Source: Phycisphaerae bacterium
Lineage (GTDB): Bacteria; Planctomycetota; Phycisphaerae; UBA1845; Fen-1342
Assembly (NCBI GenBank): GCA_050115495.1
Contig: JASFQK010000017.1
Location: 67,384 to 131,383, forward strand
Length of the DNA: 64,000 bases
Direction: 5' to 3'
Part shown: positions 54,473-64,000 of the stretch, piece by piece
Position numbering within the stretch: the stretch's first letter is position 1
Layout: each line of letters begins with the position of its first letter
Position numbers and translations under genes: made by a program
The notes under the pieces: generated by a model
Databases searched by the model: none
Told to the model about the DNA's origin: nothing
Seen by the model: the letters and a program-made list of their open reading frames with translations, nothing else

Positions 54473-55195
54473 CTAGACGCTCCCGCCGCCCGGGGCCGAA
54501 CGGGTCACCACCGGGCCATTGCCTAGCCCCGCCTGCCGCAGATGCTCGAGCATCACATCCAGCACCTGGGCGATCGATAGCTCCGACGTGTCGATCGAAA
54601 CCGCTCCCGCCGGCACCTTCAGCGGCCCGACGCGCCGTTGCGAGTCCGTCCGGTCGCGCGTCGTGAGGTTCGCCAGCACGTCCGCCGGCGTTACCTCTTC
54701 GCCGTCGGCCCGCAGGTCGTTCAGCCGTCGCTCGACCCGCTTCTCGATGGTCGCGTCGAGGAAGAACTTCAGGTCGGCGTCCGGGAAGGCCACGCTGCCC
54801 TGGTCCCGGCCCTCGGTTACGAGCGACCCCAGCCGCTGCCCGAGTTCACGCTGTTTCTCGACCAGTGCCGCCCGCACGCCCGGCAACGCCGCCACGAACC
54901 GCGTATGCTCGTTGACCCGCATCGAGCGGATTTCCTCGGTGACGTCCCGCCCATCGAGCGTAACACGGATATGTGTCGGGCCGAGGTCGAGCCGGTAGCG
55001 GTCGCTGGCCGCCAGCGGGGCCATGCAGGCGTCATCTTCGAGGTTGAGCCCTTCGGCCAGCCCCGCCAGCGTCACCACCCGGTACATCGCCCCCGTATCG
55101 AGGTACGGAATACCCAGCCGGGCGGCGAGTTTCCGTGCAACCGTGCTCTTGCCCGACCCCGCCGGCCCGTCGATGGTGATGATCACGCTCTCCAC
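54473..55195 (-). CDS. cmk: Cytidylate kinase
   Basis: IDGPAGSGKST, LDTGAMYR, EGRDQG, RDRTD. Confidence 0.96.
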   Translation of the reverse strand: MESVIITIDGPAGSGKSTVARKLAARLGIPYLDTGAMYRVVTLAGLAEGLNLEDDACMAPLAASDRYRLDLGPTHIRVTLDGRDVTEEIRSMRVNEHTRFVAALPGVRAALVEKQRELGQRLGSLVTEGRDQGSVAFPDADLKFFLDATIEKRVERRLNDLRADGEEVTPADVLANLTTRDRTDSQRRVGPLKVPAGAVSIDTSELSIAQVLDVMLEHLRQAGLGNGPVVTRSAPGGGSV

Positions 55196-55288
55196 CCGCT
55201 ACAGGTTATCCGTTGTTCGCGCCAATTACGGGCGGGATTATAAGCCAACCCGCGAACCCCAGCCACGTGCGTCAGCCAAGCGCCCCCG

Positions 55289-56980
55289 CTACCGCTCCTG
55301 CACCTCCAGCTCGCCCCCCTGCCGCAGCCGGTAAAACCGATTCGTCTCGACGTTCGTGAACCGCCGCATCGTGCCGGCGGCGTTCGGCCAGTGCACTTCC
55401 ACGACGTCCACGACCTTCGCCGGCCCAACGCCGAACCGGCAATCCGTATCGTCCCGATGACCGGCGTGACCCAGCCCACCCTGCACTTCGCGGATCTGCC
55501 GCCGACCGCCGACCTCGATCACCACGCGTGCCCCGATCGCCTGACCGTCCAGCCGAATGTTGAGGAAGCGATTCCCGCTCCGCCCGGCGACGAGATTTCG
55601 CAGCAGCCCCACCGACAGATCGTGCCCCTTTCGCTGCTCCTCCGTGAGCCGCATGTTGTTCGTCCCGACGAGGATGTCCGTCGCCCCATCACGGTCGAAA
55701 TCACCGAGCGAAATCTGGCTGGCGTTGATCCACGTGCACCCCAACCGCTCCGTCCACTCCACGAACCGCCCGCCCTCTTCCTGGTGGTACAGGCGCAGAA
55801 GCTGCTCGTCCGGATAGTCACTGCTGGCGATCAACAGATCGAGCCGCCCGTCGTTGTCCACGTCGAGCCAGCCGGCGTGCAAGTCGCCCTGGTTCCAGTG
55901 CTCGACCGAGTGCTGCCGTTCGATCCGCGCCGCGTCCCGCTTGAACCGGAACGCCGCCGCCGGCCCCTCGTTCACCAGCAGCGTCGACCGATCCGACGAC
56001 GGCCCCGCCCACCAATGCGTGATCTCCGCCAGGAAGCAGTCCATATCGCCGTCGCCATCGAAATCCGCCACGGCGCAATCAAACGTGTTCCCATTCGCCC
56101 GAAACGGTTCTTCCTTCTCCCGCTCCACTTCCGGCGGATACTCCCCGCTCCGCTCCTCGTCGCCGTCAAACCCCGTCTCGGCACCGACGTCCGTGAACGT
56201 CCCGTCCCCATTGTTGCGCCACAAACGGTTCCACTGGCGGCCATAGGTAGCCACGAGCAGATCCTGGTGCCCGTCGTTGTTCCAATCCGTGTGCGTCACG
56301 CCATATGTCGGCCGCCGGCTGTCACGCTGCCCCGTCTCGGCGATGCCCAGCAGCCCCGCCGACTCGGTCACATCGACGAACGTCCCGTCCCCCCGTCCGC
56401 GCCACAGCCGATCCGGAAACGCCTCGTAGCTGTCGCCGTACGCGACATACGCGTTGCCGACGAACAGGTCCAGGTGCCCGTCGCGGTCGTAATCGACGAA
56501 GCACGCCGTGATGTTCGTCTCCGCCAACCGCCCCACGCCCGACTCGTCGAGCCGCCGAAACCCGCCGTGCCCATCGCCCAGCCAGATGGCGTTGCGTGGT
56601 ACATCCGCCGCTTCCGGCTTGTTCTCCGCGTAGTAGCCGAGGTACAGATCGAACCGGCCATCCTCGTTCACATCGCCGACCTGGGCCACACTCGGCGCCG
56701 TCGTTCCTTCGGGCGCTAGCACGCCGTCGTGCTCCGAGCGTACGAACCGCCCATCGCGATTGAGAAACACCCGTGTCGAGCCGATCAGCGCGTCGGGCAC
56801 CCCATCGCCGTCGAAATCCGCGAATGCCACGCGGTTCGACTCGACGCCGCCGAGCCCCACCGCTGCCGCGACATTCTCGAACAACGGCCCCGCCGGCTCG
56901 TCTTCGGCCCACGCCGGACACACGCTCAGCAGGACGCCCATCACCCCGGACACGATGTGGAAGTGCGAGTATCTGGTCAT
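55289..56980 (-). CDS. CRTAC1-like FG-GAP/VCBS repeat protein with ASPIC/UnbV domain
   Basis: Many DxDxDGxxD repeats; AIGARV..RQIREV..FGVG..V.WP; signal peptide. Confidence 0.9.
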   Translation of the reverse strand: MTRYSHFHIVSGVMGVLLSVCPAWAEDEPAGPLFENVAAAVGLGGVESNRVAFADFDGDGVPDALIGSTRVFLNRDGRFVRSEHDGVLAPEGTTAPSVAQVGDVNEDGRFDLYLGYYAENKPEAADVPRNAIWLGDGHGGFRRLDESGVGRLAETNITACFVDYDRDGHLDLFVGNAYVAYGDSYEAFPDRLWRGRGDGTFVDVTESAGLLGIAETGQRDSRRPTYGVTHTDWNNDGHQDLLVATYGRQWNRLWRNNGDGTFTDVGAETGFDGDEERSGEYPPEVEREKEEPFRANGNTFDCAVADFDGDGDMDCFLAEITHWWAGPSSDRSTLLVNEGPAAAFRFKRDAARIERQHSVEHWNQGDLHAGWLDVDNDGRLDLLIASSDYPDEQLLRLYHQEEGGRFVEWTERLGCTWINASQISLGDFDRDGATDILVGTNNMRLTEEQRKGHDLSVGLLRNLVAGRSGNRFLNIRLDGQAIGARVVIEVGGRRQIREVQGGLGHAGHRDDTDCRFGVGPAKVVDVVEVHWPNAAGTMRRFTNVETNRFYRLRQGGELEVQER

Positions 56981-57116
56981 GCCGGCCACGTTACGGCGCC
57001 GCCGCGGCACTGTCTACTCGGCCCTTCCGGTCCGTGGTACGATGCCGCTCGGCGAATACCGCGCGCGACGCGCACGCGGCGCCGCCTCAAAACGCCTGCG
57101 AGCGCCAGCCCTGACG

Positions 57117-58127
57117 ATGAAGTCCTTCCGCGTCGGCGTCGACAGCTACAGCCTCGGCCCCCTGCGGCTCTCTCCCCTCGAGATGCTCGACTGGGCCCGG
57201 CAACACGGCGCCGCCGGCGTGCACTTCAGCGGCCTCGACCTCCCCGGCGGGGGCACGCCCGACGACGGCCTGCTGCGCGAGCTCGCCGCCCATGCCGAAG
57301 CCCACGACCTCTACCTCGAATGGGGCGGCGGCCAGCACATCCCCTTCGACATGACCACCTGGCAGCCGCGCGACGTCCTGCCGATCAACACCGCCGCCGT
57401 CCACCAGGCCGACATCGTCGGCACGCCCATCATCCGCTCCTGTTCCGGCGGACTCATGCGCTGGAGCGACCAGTCGCCGCCCACCGAAGACCTGCTGCGC
57501 GAGACCGCCAACGCCCTGAACGCCCAGCGCTCGCTCCTGGTCGACGCCAACGTCACACTCGCCATCGAGCTGCACTTCGAGTTCACCACGTTCGAACTGC
57601 TCCGCCTGTTCGACATGTGCGACGCCGAGCCCGGCGGCCACCTCGGCATCTGCCTCGACACGATGAACGTGCTGACCATGCTCGAAGAGCCGCTCGCCGC
57701 CACCGAGCGCATCCTCCCCTGGGTCGTCGCCACGCACGCCAAGGACGGCACGCTGCGCCAGACCGACACCGGCCTGCAATCGTTCACAACCGAGATCGGC
57801 CACGGCACCGTCCCGTTCGCCGACATTCTCGCCCGCCTGGCCACGCTCGACCGCGATGTGCACCTGTCCGTCGAGGATCACGGCGGCTGGTTCGACCTGC
57901 CGATCTTCGACCCGGGATTCCTCTCGCGTTTCCCCGACCTGACGCCCGCGACGATGACGCAACTGGTCGGCATCGCCCGGGCGAACGAGCCACGCCTCGC
58001 CGCCGGCGAGCTTGCCCCGCTCGACCGTGCCGACTGGCCGGCGTGCTGTGCGGCCCGCGTCGCCCGCGACATCGCCACGTTGAAAGACATCGCCACCCGC
58101 CTGGCCGATTCAGGAGCGGACGCATGA
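57117..58127 (+). CDS. Sugar phosphate isomerase/epimerase (xylose-isomerase-like TIM barrel)
   Basis: LAIELH, CLDTMN, THAKD, IGHGTVP, SVE. Confidence 0.85.
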   Translation: MKSFRVGVDSYSLGPLRLSPLEMLDWARQHGAAGVHFSGLDLPGGGTPDDGLLRELAAHAEAHDLYLEWGGGQHIPFDMTTWQPRDVLPINTAAVHQADIVGTPIIRSCSGGLMRWSDQSPPTEDLLRETANALNAQRSLLVDANVTLAIELHFEFTTFELLRLFDMCDAEPGGHLGICLDTMNVLTMLEEPLAATERILPWVVATHAKDGTLRQTDTGLQSFTTEIGHGTVPFADILARLATLDRDVHLSVEDHGGWFDLPIFDPGFLSRFPDLTPATMTQLVGIARANEPRLAAGELAPLDRADWPACCAARVARDIATLKDIATRLADSGADA

Positions 58128-59497
58128 CCGCGCCCGCCAGAACGCGTCACGGACGTTTCCCGCTCGGCGGCAAGGACGCCCTCCTGAAGCTGGCAGCCGA
58201 CCTCGGCGTCGATCTGCCCTGGTCCGACGATGTCCGCGTTCTGCTCACGCCACTCGAAGTCGCCGGCCGCCGCCTGTCGAACCGCCTCGTCATCCTCCCC
58301 ATGGAAGGCCGCGACGCGCTCGCGGACGGCGCCCCCGGCCCGCTGACCTGCCGCCGATACGAGCGATATGGCGCGGGCGGTGCCGGCCTCATCTGGGCCG
58401 AAGCGACTGCGGTCGTCCCCGACGGCCGGGCGAGCCCGTTGCAGTTGCACCTGACGCGGGACAACCTCCCCGCCTTCCGCGAGTTGACGCAGCGCACGCG
58501 GGCCGCCGCCCATCAGGCGCTCGGCTCACAGCACACGCCGCTGCTCGTGCTCCAACTGGCCCACTCCGGTCGCTACAGCCGCCCCGACGGCACGCCGCAC
58601 CCAGCCATCGCCCAGCACAACCCGATTCTCGACCCGCGTCACGGCCTCGCCCCAACGCACCCGCTCGTCACCGACGACGACTTCGCCGCCTTGCAGAAAG
58701 CGTACGTCACGAGTGCCCGCCTCGCCGCGGAGGCCGGCTTCGACGCCGTCGATGTCAAAGCCTGCCACGGCTACCTCATCGCCGAACTGCTCGGCGCCCG
58801 CAGCCGCTCATCCAGCCGTTTCGGCGGCGATTTCGACAGCCGCATCCGCTGGCTTCTCGAAACCGTCGCGTTCATTCGCGCCGAACTGCCCGATCTGCTC
58901 GTCACCTGCCGGCTCGGCGGCCATGACGGCCTGCCGTTGCCCCTCGGCTTCGGTGCCGGCGAAGGCAACCCGCCTGCGGAAGACCTGCGCGAACCGGCCG
59001 AGCTCGTCCGCCGACTGGCCGCCGCTGGCTGCCCGCTGCTCGCCGTCTCCGCCGGCATTCCGTACTACAACCCGCACTACGGCCGGCCGTTCGACACGCC
59101 GCTCCCGGGCGCTGCTCCGCCGGCCGAACACCCCCTCGTCGGCGTCGAGCGTCTGCTGCGCATCGTCGCCGCCATGCAGCACGCCGCCCCCAACACGCCC
59201 ATCATTGGCTGCGGCTACACCTGGCTGCGCCACCTTTTCCCGCACGTCGCGGCGGCGGTCGTGGAACGCAGCCAGGCCACGCTCATCGGCCTCGGCCGCA
59301 TGGCCTTCGCCTATCCGTCGTGCCCCCGCGATCTCGCGGAGCGTGGCACGCTAGACCCCCGACAATCGTGCACCACCTGCTCGCGCTGCACGCAGCTCAT
59401 GCGCGACGGGGCCAACGCCGGCTGCGTCGTCCGCGATGCGGAAATCTACGGCCCCATCTATCGGCGACGCCACGCCGACCCGTGCGAGGAGGCCTGA
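58124..59497 (+). CDS. NADH:flavin oxidoreductase (Old Yellow Enzyme family)
   Basis: NRLVILPMEG, QLAHSGR, AGFDAVDVKACHGYL, CTTCSRC..C Fe-S-like tail; ATGA overlap with the previous gene. Confidence 0.9.
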   Translation: MTAPARTRHGRFPLGGKDALLKLAADLGVDLPWSDDVRVLLTPLEVAGRRLSNRLVILPMEGRDALADGAPGPLTCRRYERYGAGGAGLIWAEATAVVPDGRASPLQLHLTRDNLPAFRELTQRTRAAAHQALGSQHTPLLVLQLAHSGRYSRPDGTPHPAIAQHNPILDPRHGLAPTHPLVTDDDFAALQKAYVTSARLAAEAGFDAVDVKACHGYLIAELLGARSRSSSRFGGDFDSRIRWLLETVAFIRAELPDLLVTCRLGGHDGLPLPLGFGAGEGNPPAEDLREPAELVRRLAAAGCPLLAVSAGIPYYNPHYGRPFDTPLPGAAPPAEHPLVGVERLLRIVAAMQHAAPNTPIIGCGYTWLRHLFPHVAAAVVERSQATLIGLGRMAFAYPSCPRDLAERGTLDPRQSCTTCSRCTQLMRDGANAGCVVRDAEIYGPIYRRRHADPCEEA

Positions 59498-59502
59498 AGC
59501 CG

Positions 59503-61524
59503 ATGTCCGCCGAGCCGACCACCGTCACCATCGCCGGCCTGACGCTGCCCGTGCACTCGGCGAACACGGTGATCGTGGGCAGCGGTGCGGCGGGGCTGAA
59601 CGCCGCTCTCCAGCTCCACAACCACGGCCAGCACGACGTCCTCGTCGTCACCGAGCGCTGGGGCGCCGGCGCCTCCAACGAAGCCGGCTCCGACAAGCAG
59701 ACCTACTACAAGCTCGCCCTCGCCCACGACGCCGACGATTCGCCGCGCAGGATGGCCGAAGACCTCTTCGCCGGCGGCTGCATGCACGGCGACCTCGCCC
59801 TTTGCGAAGCTCAGCATTCGGCCCAGGCGTTCTACCACCTGGTCAGTCTCGGCGTGCCCTTCCCGCACGACCGCTACGGCGCCTACGTCGGCTATCGCAC
59901 CGATCACGACCGCCGCGGGCGAGCAACCTCCGCCGGCCCGCTCACGTCGCACCTGATGTGCGCCCGGCTCGGCGACGCTGTCCGAGCCCGCGGCATCCGC
60001 ATCCTCGACGAGCACCAGGTCATCGCCCTGCTCACCCGTGACGACGCCGACCAGCACTGCGTCTGCGGCGCCATCGCCCTCGACCGCCGCCAACTCGACA
60101 CGCCGCATCACGGCCTCGTCCTGCTCAACGCCGTCAACACCATCCTCGCCACCGGCGGTCCCGGCGGGATGTACCAGGCGAGCGTCTACCCGGCCAGCCA
60201 GTTCGGCAGCACCGGCCTCGGCCTGGCCGCCGGTGCCGCCGCCGCCAACCTGACCGAGTCGCAGTTCGGCCTCGCCTCGCTGCAATTCCGCTGGAACGTC
60301 TCCGGCAGCTACCAGCAGGTCATCCCCCGCTACGTCTCCACCGACGCCGCCGGCGGCGACCGCCGCGACTTCCTCAACGATTACTTCCCCGACATGCGCA
60401 CGCTGGCCGGCGCGATCTTCCGCAAGGGATACGAGTGGCCGTTCGACGCCGCTCGTGTCCGCGGCCACGGCTCATCGCTGATCGACCTGCTCGTCCACCA
60501 GGAGACCGTCCGCCGCGGGCGGCGTGTGTTCCTCGACTTCACCGCCAACCCCGTCGGCGACGAGCGGCTCGGCCCGTTCTCGCTGGACCATCTCGGCGAT
60601 GAGGCCCGGGCCTACCTGCACAAATCGCAGGCGTTGCAGCCGACGCCCGTGGCCCGTCTCGCCGCGCTGAACCAGCCGGCTCTCGACCTCTACCGCGCTC
60701 ACGACATCGACCTGACGCAGTCGCCGCTTGAAATCGCCGTCTGCGCCCAGCACTGCAACGGCGGTCTCGCCGGCAACATCTGGTGGGAATCGAACGTCCG
60801 CCACCTCTTCCCCATCGGCGAGGTCAACGGCAGCCACGGCGTCCGCCGGCCCGGCGGCGCCGCCCTCAACGCCGGCCAGGTCGGCGGCCTGCGGGCGGCA
60901 CTATTCATCACGCGGCGCTATACGCAACAGCCGCCGCCAGCCGACGCGTTTGCCCGCGAGGCCAGCCCACGCATCGCCTCCTGCCTCGCCTTCATCCGCC
61001 GACTCACCGGTTCCGCGACCGACACCGCGCTCACGCCCGCCGACGCCATCGCCGAAGTACAGAACCGCATGTCGGCCATCGCCGCGATCGTCCGTGAGGC
61101 GCCGGCGGTCGAGCAAGGCTGTCGCGACGCCTGGAAACTGTGGTCCCGTCTCGGCCACGACCTGCGCATCGCCGCGCCTGCCGACCTGCCCGCCGCCATG
61201 CGGGCCTGTGACGCCTGCGTGACGCACGCCGTCTATCTCGAAGCACTCGCCGAGTACCTCGCCCGTGGCGGCCGCTCGCGTGGTTCGTTCCTGGTGCTCG
61301 ACGCCACGGCCGAGCCGCTCGACGTGCGCCTCGACGACGACTGCCGCTTCGCCCTGGCGACACCCGACGATTTCGCCAGCCGTCACATTCTCGAAACCAG
61401 ACTCGACGCCGGTGATAGTCTCACGAAGCGATGGGTGGATGTTCGCCCCATCCCCGGCGGCCCGGGCTGGTTCGAGACGGTCTGGCAGGAGTACATACAC
61501 GACCGCGTCGTGAGAGAGGAGTGA
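59503..61524 (+). CDS. FAD-binding oxidoreductase (succinate dehydrogenase/fumarate reductase flavoprotein-like)
   Basis: VIVGSGAAG, LATGG, QHCNGG, GE..GSHG..RPGG.AL, SRGS. Confidence 0.88.
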   Translation: MSAEPTTVTIAGLTLPVHSANTVIVGSGAAGLNAALQLHNHGQHDVLVVTERWGAGASNEAGSDKQTYYKLALAHDADDSPRRMAEDLFAGGCMHGDLALCEAQHSAQAFYHLVSLGVPFPHDRYGAYVGYRTDHDRRGRATSAGPLTSHLMCARLGDAVRARGIRILDEHQVIALLTRDDADQHCVCGAIALDRRQLDTPHHGLVLLNAVNTILATGGPGGMYQASVYPASQFGSTGLGLAAGAAAANLTESQFGLASLQFRWNVSGSYQQVIPRYVSTDAAGGDRRDFLNDYFPDMRTLAGAIFRKGYEWPFDAARVRGHGSSLIDLLVHQETVRRGRRVFLDFTANPVGDERLGPFSLDHLGDEARAYLHKSQALQPTPVARLAALNQPALDLYRAHDIDLTQSPLEIAVCAQHCNGGLAGNIWWESNVRHLFPIGEVNGSHGVRRPGGAALNAGQVGGLRAALFITRRYTQQPPPADAFAREASPRIASCLAFIRRLTGSATDTALTPADAIAEVQNRMSAIAAIVREAPAVEQGCRDAWKLWSRLGHDLRIAAPADLPAAMRACDACVTHAVYLEALAEYLARGGRSRGSFLVLDATAEPLDVRLDDDCRFALATPDDFASRHILETRLDAGDSLTKRWVDVRPIPGGPGWFETVWQEYIHDRVVREE

Positions 61525-61528
61525 CCGC

Positions 61529-62320
61529 ATGAACGACCGACCCGTCGCCTTCGTAACCGGCGCCAGTCGCGGCATTGGCCGCGGCATTGCCCTCGCCCTC
61601 GCCGAATCCGGCTTCGACATCGTCGGCAACGCCACGAGCTACGACCCGAACGACCCCACGCGCGGACTCGCCGAAGTCGGTGTGTGCGCCAAAGCCCTCG
61701 GCGCCTCCTTCGCCGCCGCTCCCGGCGATGTGGCCAATCTCGACACGCACGACCGCCTGCTCGACCTGGCCCTCACCCGCTTCGGCCACGTCGACGTGCT
61801 CGTCAACAACGCCGGCATCAGCCCGCTCGAACGCCAGGACGTGCTCGAAACGACGCCGGCCAGCTTCGACCGCGTCCTCGCCCTGAACACACGCGGCACG
61901 TTCTTCCTGACGCAGCGCTTCGCCCGGCGGATGGTCAACCAGGCTCGCCGACCCAACAGCCCGCCGCCGGCGATCATCTTTGTCTCATCCGTCTCCGCCC
62001 GCGTGTCGTCGCCCAACCGGGCCGAGTACTGCATCTCGAAGGCCGCCCTCAGCCATGCGGCCACGATCTTCGCCGACCGTCTGGCCCCCGCCGGCATCAA
62101 CGTCTACGAGGTCCGCCCCGGCATCACGCGCACGGACATGACCGCCCCCGCCGCCGACTACTACGACGAGCAAATCGCCGGCGGCCTCGTCCCGTTGCGC
62201 CGCTGGGGAGAGCCCGAGGATATCGCTCGCGCCGTGGCGTCCCTCGCTCGGGGCGATTTCGCCTACGCCACCGGCATCGCCATCGAGCTCAGTGGCGGCA
62301 TGAACGTCCAGCACTTCTAG
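61529..62320 (+). CDS. Short-chain dehydrogenase/reductase
   Basis: TGASRGIG, NNAG, YCISK, RWGEPED. Confidence 0.93.
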   Translation: MNDRPVAFVTGASRGIGRGIALALAESGFDIVGNATSYDPNDPTRGLAEVGVCAKALGASFAAAPGDVANLDTHDRLLDLALTRFGHVDVLVNNAGISPLERQDVLETTPASFDRVLALNTRGTFFLTQRFARRMVNQARRPNSPPPAIIFVSSVSARVSSPNRAEYCISKAALSHAATIFADRLAPAGINVYEVRPGITRTDMTAPAADYYDEQIAGGLVPLRRWGEPEDIARAVASLARGDFAYATGIAIELSGGMNVQHF

Positions 62321-62418
62321 CAGTCCGTCGAGAAAGGGGACTGGCTCCGAGCCGAATCGCCCGCAGAAACCCTGATACTGCTCGAAGCGAGGTGCCTGTC
62401 CTCTTTTTCAACGGACCG
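62321..62418. mobile_element. MITE-like element (family C, copy 2)
   Basis: Ends cagtccgtcgagaaaggggac / gtcctctttttcaacggaccg are 17/21 inverted; flanked by ctag and ctgg. Confidence 0.65.
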
Positions 62419-62463
62419 CTGGACGCCCGACCCCGTTGGCCGGGACAACATGGGAGAAGCGGC

Positions 62464-63207
62464 TTGAACGCCTCGCAACGCCTCTACGACCTCCTCCGGC
62501 AGAAACGGCTCATCGCCCTCTTCACGCCAACGGACGCCGCCACGGCCATCTCGGTCTACGAAACACTCGCCCCGCTCGGCGTCACGCTCGAAATTGCCCT
62601 GCGTGCTCCCGGCGCCCTCGACACCATCGCCGCCATCCGCGACCGCCACCCGGACGCCCTGCTCCTGGCCGGCACCGTCCTCACCGCCGCCCAGGCCGAG
62701 CAGGCTGTCGCCGCCGGTGCCGCCGGTCTCGTCAGCCCGGATTACCTCGCCCCCGTCGTCCAGGTCGGCGTCGCCCACGACGTCATGTGCATCCCCGGCG
62801 GTCTCGGCGACGTCGGCAAACAACTCGTCCAGAAAGCCGAAGCCTACGGCTGCTCACCGGACGAACTCCGCCGCCAACACCCGCACCAATGGGCACACAA
62901 GCTCTTCCCCGCCTGCGCCGGCGGTACGACCTTCGCCGGCCTGGCCGCCGCCTGGCGAGCCATCTTCCCCGACCTGCTGATCGTCCACACCGGCGGCGTA
63001 TCGGCCGAGCGCCTCCCCGAGCTGCTCGCCCTCGATCCCCACGGCGTCTTCTGCGGCTCCGCCCTCACCGCCAAAGCCACCGACCCCGTCACCCTCGCCG
63101 CCGAAGCCCAGCGCTGGCTAAGCATCATCCACGCCCCGCGCCAGCAACCCAGCGAGAGAGCACCCACCACAAACCAGCACAGCCGATTCGACAAAGGACA
63201 CCTGTAG
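62464..63207 (+). CDS. KDPG/KHG aldolase family protein
   Basis: LEIALR, AGTVLT, VSP, IPGG, KLFPA, TGGV; probable TTG start after GGGAG. Confidence 0.85.
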   Translation: MNASQRLYDLLRQKRLIALFTPTDAATAISVYETLAPLGVTLEIALRAPGALDTIAAIRDRHPDALLLAGTVLTAAQAEQAVAAGAAGLVSPDYLAPVVQVGVAHDVMCIPGGLGDVGKQLVQKAEAYGCSPDELRRQHPHQWAHKLFPACAGGTTFAGLAAAWRAIFPDLLIVHTGGVSAERLPELLALDPHGVFCGSALTAKATDPVTLAAEAQRWLSIIHAPRQQPSERAPTTNQHSRFDKGHL

Positions 63208-63370
63208 GGCGGGCCATGCTCGCGCTACAAGACCACAGAAGTCCAGAGGGGTCGCCGTTCTTGGCGGATGCCGTCATTTGTCGCGTTTCTGGCGGTCTGT
63301 CGCCCTGTTAGAGCTCTGATCTGAAATGGTCGCAGCAGGGTACCCGGGGCACACGCCGCCAGGCCATTGA

Positions 63371-63655
63371 CTATCGCCGCGCTGCGGCTTTGCGGCTCTT
63401 CACCTGGCGTTTTGCCCTTGCTTTGGGCTTGGGCGGATCGTCGATCACTTCCAGAAGGTCATGAAACGACACATCCAGAGCACGGCATATCTTCTCCACG
63501 GTCGCGAGCGTTACGTTGTAGCGAAGCCGACTGCCGATCGAGTTGAGCGTCCCTTCTCCCACACCGGACAGCCTTGCCAGCCGGGCATACGTGAGCCGCT
63601 TGCCCGTCCGTAGCCGGTAGTCTTCCATCGCTTCGCGGAGTCTTACTCGAATCAT
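63371..63655 (-). CDS. Small XRE/Cro-C1 HTH regulator (HTH_26-like)
   Basis: LTYARLARLSGVGEGTL..TVEKICRALDV..DLL; GGAG RBS. Confidence 0.8.
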   Translation of the reverse strand: MIRVRLREAMEDYRLRTGKRLTYARLARLSGVGEGTLNSIGSRLRYNVTLATVEKICRALDVSFHDLLEVIDDPPKPKARAKRQVKSRKAAARR

Positions 63656-63673
63656 TGTCTCTCCGTCACGCGC

Positions 63674-63924
63674 CGGGTGCCACTGGTGGCTTGCCCACCA
63701 GTGCCGTTCACCCACAGCGGCCGCGCTCCGCACCGTACGCCTCGTAGCGGCCGGTGAGGTTGGGAATTAATCCCCGGTGGGTCGGGCGTCCCGCCCGACA
63801 TTCGTTGATTTCAAGGCCAAAACGGCAGGCGAGACGCCTGCCCCACCCAGTGCTGGGGATTGATTCCCAACCTCGGTCTCCGTGCCGGCCGTCCCGTAGC
63901 GTTGGCCCCCCGTGGCCAACGTCG
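63674..63924. repeat. REP-like cluster (B, interrupted A2, A1)
   Basis: B 63674-63704; A2 split at 63744-63755 and 63875-63893; A1 63896-63924. Confidence 0.8.
63756..63874. mobile_element. 119-bp MITE (family D) with 20-bp TIRs and GGT target duplication
   Basis: gaggttgggaattaatcccc ... ggggattgattcccaacctc (19/20 inverted); ggt on both sides. Confidence 0.85.
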
Positions 63925-64000
63925 AATGGTAGATCGTCCGTTACGCCGATTCGGCACAATCGGCGGCAACTGCCCATCGCGTGAACCGGCGGGCTCTGCC

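Noticed and set aside
56729..58123. N-terminal extensions in the ORF track (922-aa, 455-aa, 507-aa and 293-aa ORFs)
   Set aside because: They overlap other genes; family-consistent starts lie downstream at 58124, 57117, 62464 and 53163.
59503..61524. sdhA/frdA
   Set aside because: No Fe-S or membrane subunit genes nearby, and the covalent-FAD His motif is not evident.

Overview
GC-rich bacterial chromosome segment, most likely Planctomycetota (Phycisphaerae-like). This is inferred from a dockerin-like C-terminal domain, a TIGR02999-type ECF sigma factor next to a Ser/Thr kinase-TPR gene, an ASPIC/UnbV protein and planctomycete-style intergenic repeats. About 45 genes are present. Housekeeping and metabolic genes include pckA, an aminotransferase, cmk, plsC, lexA, pstS with a phosphate porin, motAB, flagellin and an acyl-CoA dehydrogenase. 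Accessory modules: (1) a tandemly duplicated two-gene unit of a Gly-rich/Ig-repeat surface protein with a Cys-TM-Arg C-terminal tail plus a 66-aa lipoprotein, each copy behind the same promoter-like motif; (2) an overlapping pair of unknown lipoproteins divergent from the ECF/kinase pair; (3) two divergent heme-c (CxxCH) chemoreceptors with identical promoter motifs, one frameshifted; (4) an ABC-ATPase + TOPRIM pair resembling a defence system; (5) an LCIB-like beta-carbonic anhydrase candidate; (6) a five-gene putative sugar-acid catabolic operon; (7) several REP/MITE families, including a MITE inserted into a REP with a 3-bp target duplication. No rRNA, tRNA, CRISPR array or transposase was recognised. 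All family assignments are by motif recognition, without database searches.
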